Shown: positions 48,801-53,923 of the stretch, piece after piece
Numbering within the stretch: position 1 is the first letter of the stretch
Layout of the letters: every line of letters begins with the position of its first letter
Source of the DNA: a virus
Taxonomy: Duplodnaviria > Caudoviricetes
Virus record (IMG/VR): IMGVR_UViG_3300041809_000086
Coordinates: 1-53,923 of that record
Direction: 5' to 3' (one strand)
Length of the DNA: 53,923 bases
Translations under genes and position numbers: made by a program
Notes under the pieces: generated by a model
What the model was told of the DNA's origin: nothing
Databases searched by the model: none
Seen by the model: the letters and a program-made list of their open reading frames with translations, nothing else

Positions 48801-50135
48801 ATGTTCACCGTGATCGTCCCCGTCAATCGCCCTTGGCAATTTGAACAGAACATCCTATCTTCGCCAGGACTGGCCGAAGTCAAGGCACAAATCATCGCCA
48901 TCAATGAAGCGGGCAACGCCTCTCAAGGATTCAACACGGCCAAGCCTGTCGCGCAGTACGAATGGATCATGTACGCGCATCAGGACGTGTTCTTCCCCGA
49001 AGGCTCGGGCCTTGCGATTGTCGAAGCATTGAAAGACGCGCCGCATGATCGACCGATCGGGTTCGCCGGGATGGACGTTGATGGCAACTATGTCGGGCAA
49101 GTCGTCGATCGCGGGAACGCTTGGGATTTTCCCGGCGGGGACGCGATCACGCTGGACGAATGCGCGATCATCCTGCACCGCGACGCGCTGATCGACATCG
49201 ACCCGGCGTTAGGCTGGCATCTATGGGCGACGGATCTGTGCTTGCAAGCCGGGGGCGGCGTCGTTCTGCCTATCAGGATCGAGCATAATTCGATCACGCC
49301 GCGCATTAGCGATGTCAGCGCCGAATATCGCGCGAGCGCGGCCGTCCTGATGCACAATTGGACCGAATTCAACGTGATTCGCACGCTCTGCGCGTCGATA
49401 TGTCGCCACAAGCCCGACGTGAACATCTGCGTCGTCAAGCCGCGCGGGTACGAGCATTCGGCCGGGCTGATGGATGCGGCGACATACTTCGCCTATATGT
49501 TCCGGCGCTTGGGAGCGCGGGTCCAAATCGATTACAACCATTTGCGGACCGATTCGCCGAACATCGTGTTCGGGGCGCATCTAGGATTTCCATTCGAGCG
49601 CGACGATTGTGTCATCGTGGACTTGGAGCAAGACGGCGCGGATCTGACCGACGAATATCGCGCATTGCTTGCGCGGTCCCCGGTCGTGTCGCTGGCCGAC
49701 GTGCGCTTCGGATATGCGCCGTATCTCGATCTTCCGCGCCCCGAACCGAAGGTCGATGTCTTGTTCTTCGGGTCGATGAACGATCGCCGCCGCGCGTACC
49801 TGAACGCGACCGGGATGAAGATCGCTTACGTCCAAAGGCCCGTCTATGGCGAAGATCGCAACGCGACCGTGCGAGCCTCGGACGCCGTCATCAACTGTCA
49901 TGCATACGACGGCGCGTTGTTCGAGAAGGTCCGCGCATTCATGGTCTTGTCGATGGGGACCGAGCTAATCAGCGAAGGCCCGGTCGATCCTGACTATGCG
50001 CCGTATGTGACATGGCTCGACATAGATGAGCGGCGACGCTACATTCGAGGCGATGTCGAAGCGTTCAAGTCATTCGATCCAATCGAAGATTACGAGCGCA
50101 TTTTGACCCTAGCCCGCAGTACCAAAAATATGTGA
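48801..50135 (+). CDS. Two-domain glycosyltransferase (GT2-like + GT-B-like)
   Basis: N-terminal YAHQDVFFP, TLDEC, WHLWATDLCLQ; C-terminal DVLFFGS...RR, YGEDR......VIN.H.Y....FE.VR......ISE. Confidence 0.75.
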   Translation: MFTVIVPVNRPWQFEQNILSSPGLAEVKAQIIAINEAGNASQGFNTAKPVAQYEWIMYAHQDVFFPEGSGLAIVEALKDAPHDRPIGFAGMDVDGNYVGQVVDRGNAWDFPGGDAITLDECAIILHRDALIDIDPALGWHLWATDLCLQAGGGVVLPIRIEHNSITPRISDVSAEYRASAAVLMHNWTEFNVIRTLCASICRHKPDVNICVVKPRGYEHSAGLMDAATYFAYMFRRLGARVQIDYNHLRTDSPNIVFGAHLGFPFERDDCVIVDLEQDGADLTDEYRALLARSPVVSLADVRFGYAPYLDLPRPEPKVDVLFFGSMNDRRRAYLNATGMKIAYVQRPVYGEDRNATVRASDAVINCHAYDGALFEKVRAFMVLSMGTELISEGPVDPDYAPYVTWLDIDERRRYIRGDVEAFKSFDPIEDYERILTLARSTKNM

Positions 50136-50288
50136 TACTATTCGCCTGCATTGAACGCCCGACGGGGCGATAAACACGGCCAATCGCTAACCGGGGCGTT
50201 GATCCGGGAACAACCGAGCCTAGTTCCGCTTGAGCAGTAGGGACACGTAGTTGCGTTATCCCCTATTCTCAACCAAAGCGGAGCCATC
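50133..50288 (+). promoter_or_regulatory. Extended -10 promoter and structured 5' leader of the capsid gene
   Basis: TGaTACTAT at 50133-50141; stems aacgccc/gggcgtt and tccgctt/aagcgga, the latter covering the RBS. Confidence 0.55.
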
Positions 50289-51539
50289 ATGGCAAACACC
50301 CTTTTGACGATTTCCAAGATCACCAACGAAGCCCTAATGGTGCTGGAAAACGAACTCGTTTTCACGAAGCAAGTCAACCGCGCATACGAAGATCAGTTCG
50401 CGATCGTCGGAGCCAAGATCGGTAATACCGTGAACGTCCGCCGTCCGGCGCGCTTCATCGGCACGACCGGCCCGGCCCTGAACGTCGAAGACTTCAACGA
50501 GACTTCGATCCCGGTCGTACTGACAACCCAGTTTCACGTGGACACCCAATTTACCACGCAAGACCTTGCGTTGTCCTTGGATATGTTCTCGGATCGAGTG
50601 CTGAAGCCCGCCATCGCGACCATCGCGAACAAGGTGGACTTTGACGCCACCACGACCGCCGCGAATGGCATCGCCAATATCGTCGGCGTTGCTGGCACGC
50701 CGCCTACCGGCTTGCTTACCTACCTGAACGCCGGGGCCTACCTCGACGCCGAAGGTGCGCCGCGCGATGGTCAGCGTACCGTCACCGTCGAGCCGTTCAC
50801 CGGTGCGACGATCGTTGACAGCTTGAAGGGCCTTTTCGTGCCGCAAGCGCAGATCAGCGAGCAGTTCCGCAAAGGCTTGATGGGCCGCGATAGCGCCGGG
50901 ATGGACTGGTTTCAAGACCAGAACATCGTGTCGCATACCTTCGGTTCGTATTCCTCGACCGCCGGTTCGCTGACTGTGTCGGCCGCTGGTCAAGGTCTCG
51001 CGACTGGTTGGGCTTCCACGTCTACCCTGACGCTGGTCGCTTCCCAAACGCTGACCTTGAACGCTGGCGACACGATCCAAATCGCGGGCGTGTATGCGGT
51101 TAACCCGCAAAACCGTCAAGCGTATGGTTCGAACAAGCTGCGCAACTTCGTTATCACCGCGACGACTGCACCGTTCACGACCGCAACTGCCGTTACCGTC
51201 AGCCCCGCGCTGATCTACGGCGGCCAGTTCCAGAACGTAACGGCCAGCCCGTCTTCGACCGCGCTTGTGACCCCGTTCTCTGCGGCCGCATCTGCCGCTG
51301 GCGTAGTCAGCCCGCAAAACATCGTCATGCACAAGAATTGCCTGACGCTTGCGGTCGCCGATCTGGAATTGCCCGACGGCGTTCACTTCGCCGGGCGTGC
51401 CAGTGACGAAGAAATCGGCCTCAGCATTCGCGTGGTTCGTCAGTACACCATCAATAACGACGCGATCCCGTGCCGTCTCGATGTCCTGTACGGATTGGCA
51501 ATGCTGTATCCGGAATTGGGCTGCCGCGTAGCCGCCTAA
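50289..51539 (+). CDS. Major capsid protein (P22 coat / gp5 family)
   Basis: MANTLLT...ITNEALMVLENEL, KIG.TVNVRRP, TTQFHVD, CRLDVLYG...LYPE; 416 aa. Confidence 0.92.
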   Translation: MANTLLTISKITNEALMVLENELVFTKQVNRAYEDQFAIVGAKIGNTVNVRRPARFIGTTGPALNVEDFNETSIPVVLTTQFHVDTQFTTQDLALSLDMFSDRVLKPAIATIANKVDFDATTTAANGIANIVGVAGTPPTGLLTYLNAGAYLDAEGAPRDGQRTVTVEPFTGATIVDSLKGLFVPQAQISEQFRKGLMGRDSAGMDWFQDQNIVSHTFGSYSSTAGSLTVSAAGQGLATGWASTSTLTLVASQTLTLNAGDTIQIAGVYAVNPQNRQAYGSNKLRNFVITATTAPFTTATAVTVSPALIYGGQFQNVTASPSSTALVTPFSAAASAAGVVSPQNIVMHKNCLTLAVADLELPDGVHFAGRASDEEIGLSIRVVRQYTINNDAIPCRLDVLYGLAMLYPELGCRVAA

Positions 51540-51615
51540 CGAAAGCAAACGGGACCGCGCGCTTGAACCGCGCGGGCGCCCGGCCTTCAAACTCTCATCA
51601 CCTTAGGACGAAATC

Positions 51616-52107
51616 ATGAGCAATCCCGGACCCGCAACCCAAGTTACGCAGAACACGCAAGCCATTCTGGCCCCGATTCAGAATCCGAACGCGAACAGCG
51701 CGGCAGGCCCGATCCAAGGCACGAACGCCCGGCGCTTGCTGGCCGTCGCTCGGTCCGTGAATCTCGGGTCGGCTGTCGATACCGACACCATCGCGCCGAT
51801 CATCAATTCCCTGTCCTATCTGGTCGAGGAAGTTTGGGTCGGCAACGTGCAAGTCGCGGGCGCCGCTGCCGCTGCTGCCACGGCCGCCGTCGGCGTGTAT
51901 ACCGCTTCCCAACAGGGCGGAACCGCCATCGTGACGAAAGCGATCCTTACGTCGCTGTCCAGCGCGTTGAATCAGTTCGTATCGATGACCGTCGTCGCCG
52001 CGCAAACGATCCTGGCCCAAACCGTGACCCAACTTTACGTGAACGTCGCGACCAGCTTCCCGAGCGCGACTTGCGACGTGTTCGTGTTTGGGGTCGATCT
52101 GACCTAA
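51616..52107 (+). CDS. Putative capsid decoration/virion protein
   Basis: MSNPGPA..., small beta-rich A/T/V protein directly after the capsid gene. Confidence 0.55.
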   Translation: MSNPGPATQVTQNTQAILAPIQNPNANSAAGPIQGTNARRLLAVARSVNLGSAVDTDTIAPIINSLSYLVEEVWVGNVQVAGAAAAAATAAVGVYTASQQGGTAIVTKAILTSLSSALNQFVSMTVVAAQTILAQTVTQLYVNVATSFPSATCDVFVFGVDLT

Positions 52108-52152
52108 TGCTGAAATCTGGTATCATGGGCGGTACCCGAAAAGGAACCGCCC

Positions 52153-52848
52153 ATGACCCCGAAACAGCTTGTAATTTTTGCCGTGCCGACGTATGGGCAC
52201 GGATGCGCGATAGAGTTTTCCCGATCCTGCATGGAATTGGGAGCGACGCTGGCGATGAAGAAAATCCCCTTCGCCTTCACGTCGTTAGGTGGCAATTGCT
52301 TCATAGATCAGGCGCGCAATGCGCTGATCCAGAAAGCGATGGACACAAGCAAGTATTACGCGACCGACATTTTCTTCCTTGATGACGATGTCGGATTCCC
52401 CGCGAAGGCGGCGATTGATTTACTGGAACGCCCCGAAGACATCGTCTGCGGCGTGTATCCGAAAAAGGCTGATACGGAACTGTATCCGGTCAGCCTGCTA
52501 GTTGATGATGACGGCAAGTTCATCGAAAGCGATGACGGCGTCTTGAAGTTGGCAGACATGATTTGCGGCGGCTTTCTCAGAATCAAGCGTCACGTTCTGG
52601 AAAAGATGTCGGAAGGTGCGGAAACTTATCCGTACTTGAACGAGGATGGCTCGGTCGTAACTGTGACCGAGATTTTCGAGTCAGGACGGCGAAACGGGTT
52701 GTACTTTGGGGAAGACACGCTGTTCGCGTACAAGGCCCAGAAAGCCGGGTTCGATATCTGGTGCAAGCCCGACATCACATTCACGCACCGGGGCAGCAAG
52801 GCATGGCGCGGCAACGTCGCCGAATTTTTGAAGGGTAAATCAACATGA
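52153..52848 (+). CDS. Glycosyltransferase, GT-A fold
   Basis: AVPTYG, I..ARN.L, FFLDDDVGF (DxD), GVYPKK, GGFLRIKR, GED..F and IWC.PDI.FTH.G motifs. Confidence 0.75.
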   Translation: MTPKQLVIFAVPTYGHGCAIEFSRSCMELGATLAMKKIPFAFTSLGGNCFIDQARNALIQKAMDTSKYYATDIFFLDDDVGFPAKAAIDLLERPEDIVCGVYPKKADTELYPVSLLVDDDGKFIESDDGVLKLADMICGGFLRIKRHVLEKMSEGAETYPYLNEDGSVVTVTEIFESGRRNGLYFGEDTLFAYKAQKAGFDIWCKPDITFTHRGSKAWRGNVAEFLKGKST

Positions 52849-53171
52849 GCAAGTCTACCATCGCACGCGGCAACGCTATCCGCCTGAACATGATTCAGGT
52901 CAAGTTGACCCCGGCCGCTGTCGGAACCACGGCAGGCGCAGAACAAACTTTCAGCGTGCAGGATATCGCCGTCGGCGACTTCGTCGAAGTCAACTGCAAC
53001 GCGGCGCAGAACACGAACGTCGGCATCACGAACGCCCGGGTCAGCGCGACGAACGTCCTGGCCGTTGGGTTCAGCAACGTCGCCAGCGTCGCCGAGACAC
53101 CGACCGCCGGGCTTTACAACGTGCTGATTACTCGCTGCGAAGATAGCCCGATTCCGAGCAACACGATCTAA
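52845..53171 (+). CDS. Putative virion structural protein
   Basis: LTPAAV..T.AEQTF.V....GD.V...ARVSA.N.LAV.F.N; small beta-sandwich in the head module. Confidence 0.55.
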   Translation: MSKSTIARGNAIRLNMIQVKLTPAAVGTTAGAEQTFSVQDIAVGDFVEVNCNAAQNTNVGITNARVSATNVLAVGFSNVASVAETPTAGLYNVLITRCEDSPIPSNTI

Positions 53172-53181
53172 GGCGGACGCT

Positions 53182-53592
53182 ATGCCTGTCCAAATTGGAA
53201 CCCGCATCGCGGGGCCGCTGACGCGCCTAAACTGCACGTCTGTCGCCAGCGCGACAAACGCGAGCGTAGCGGCCTTCGGGAACGAAATCGCCGCATGGGC
53301 CGAATTCCTGAACACCGGGGCCTATCCGATCGTAGTCGTGGTCGGACCGACCACGACCGGCCTGCCCGCCCCGACAGTTCCGGCCAGCTTGGCAAGCGCC
53401 ACGCAGGGCGCAAACGACCGCTCAGTAAGCGAATTCATCCTCCCGGCATCGATGGAAGCCCCCATCACGCACGCGGTTCCTACGGGCCTTGTGAACAGCA
53501 ATAAGGGCTTCTGGTTCAACGGGATCGCGGTCGGCGCTACCGGCACGCAATCCGGCGACATTTGGGTCACGCCGGTCGTAGCTCAATCGTAA
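53182..53592 (+). CDS. Putative virion structural protein
   Basis: Beta-rich ORF in the head-tail module. Confidence 0.5.
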   Translation: MPVQIGTRIAGPLTRLNCTSVASATNASVAAFGNEIAAWAEFLNTGAYPIVVVVGPTTTGLPAPTVPASLASATQGANDRSVSEFILPASMEAPITHAVPTGLVNSNKGFWFNGIAVGATGTQSGDIWVTPVVAQS

Positions 53593-53603
53593 GGTGAACC
53601 GTC

Positions 53604-53923
53604 ATGACCGCGCCGATTGACATCATGAAATCGGCCTTGCGGTCGGTAGGTGCGCTCGCGTCCGGCGAAACCCCAGATCCGCAGATCGCGAACGATGTGT
53701 TCTATATCCTGAACGAAATGCTCGATCAGTGGACTTCGGATCATCTGTCGATCTTCACGCAACAAGAAATCTTCCATCAGATCACCGGCGGGACGTACAT
53801 CTATACGATCGGGTCGCAGGACGGTCCGGCGGTCAATGTCAGCGGGACGGCCAATCAAGTCGGATGCGCGGGCTTCACCGCGAGCATCGCCGGGAACGTG
53901 CTTACCGTGACGGCCATCGGCCC
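53604..53923 (+). CDS. Head-tail connector (P22 gp4-like), 3' truncated
   Basis: Translated by hand: MTAPIDIMKSALRSVGALASGENPDPQIANDVFYILNEMLDQW...YTIG; runs off the window. Confidence 0.7.
   Translation, partial: MTAPIDIMKSALRSVGALASGETPDPQIANDVFYILNEMLDQWTSDHLSIFTQQEIFHQITGGTYIYTIGSQDGPAVNVSGTANQVGCAGFTASIAGNVLTVTAIG

Noticed and set aside
50334-51590. Long antisense ORFs (also 42225-43238, 30218-31171, 47709-48701)
   Set aside because: Shadow frames of real genes in high-GC DNA, with no recognisable motifs.
1-53923. Stop-codon reassignment, tRNA genes, integrase or lysogeny module
   Set aside because: Core genes are full length under the standard code, and TAA, TGA and TAG all act as stops. 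No tRNA or recombinase was recognised, though a genome segment is missing.

Overview
The window looks like most of a GC-rich (about 60% by eye) tailed dsDNA bacteriophage genome with a P22/podovirus-like virion module. The likely host is a Gram-negative proteobacterium (inferred from the ejection proteins, T4-like lysozyme and sigma70-type promoters). It opens inside a tail-protein gene and ends inside a P22 gp4-like head-tail gene, so it is probably a circularly permuted genome missing part of the tail region. Gene order: three paralogous tail proteins; a micro-ORF island containing an 82-bp direct-repeat cassette; ejection proteins; tail fibres; lysis genes. A leftward block follows (RtcB, family B DNA polymerase, IbrA/IbrB-like PAPS-reductase + ParB pair, SSB, Cas4-like nuclease). 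Next come a rightward block (helicase, VRR-NUC, pentapeptide protein, TetR-like, TPR-glycosyltransferase) and a leftward accessory block (phosphoesterase, DUF5664, acetyltransferase). The last rightward block holds GroES-like, Csp-like, primase-helicase, a putative origin, terminase, portal, scaffold, a glycosyltransferase, the major capsid protein, a second glycosyltransferase and head-tail genes. No integrase, CI-like repressor, tRNA, rRNA or CRISPR array was recognised. The strongest leads are (1) glycosyltransferases bracketing the capsid gene, a candidate virion-glycosylation system; (2) an IbrAB-like module coupled to the DNA polymerase, a candidate DNA-modification system; (3) the repeat-bounded cassette that reuses one translation start; and (4) a large duplicated set of receptor-binding proteins. 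All product calls come from motif recognition by eye; no database search was run.
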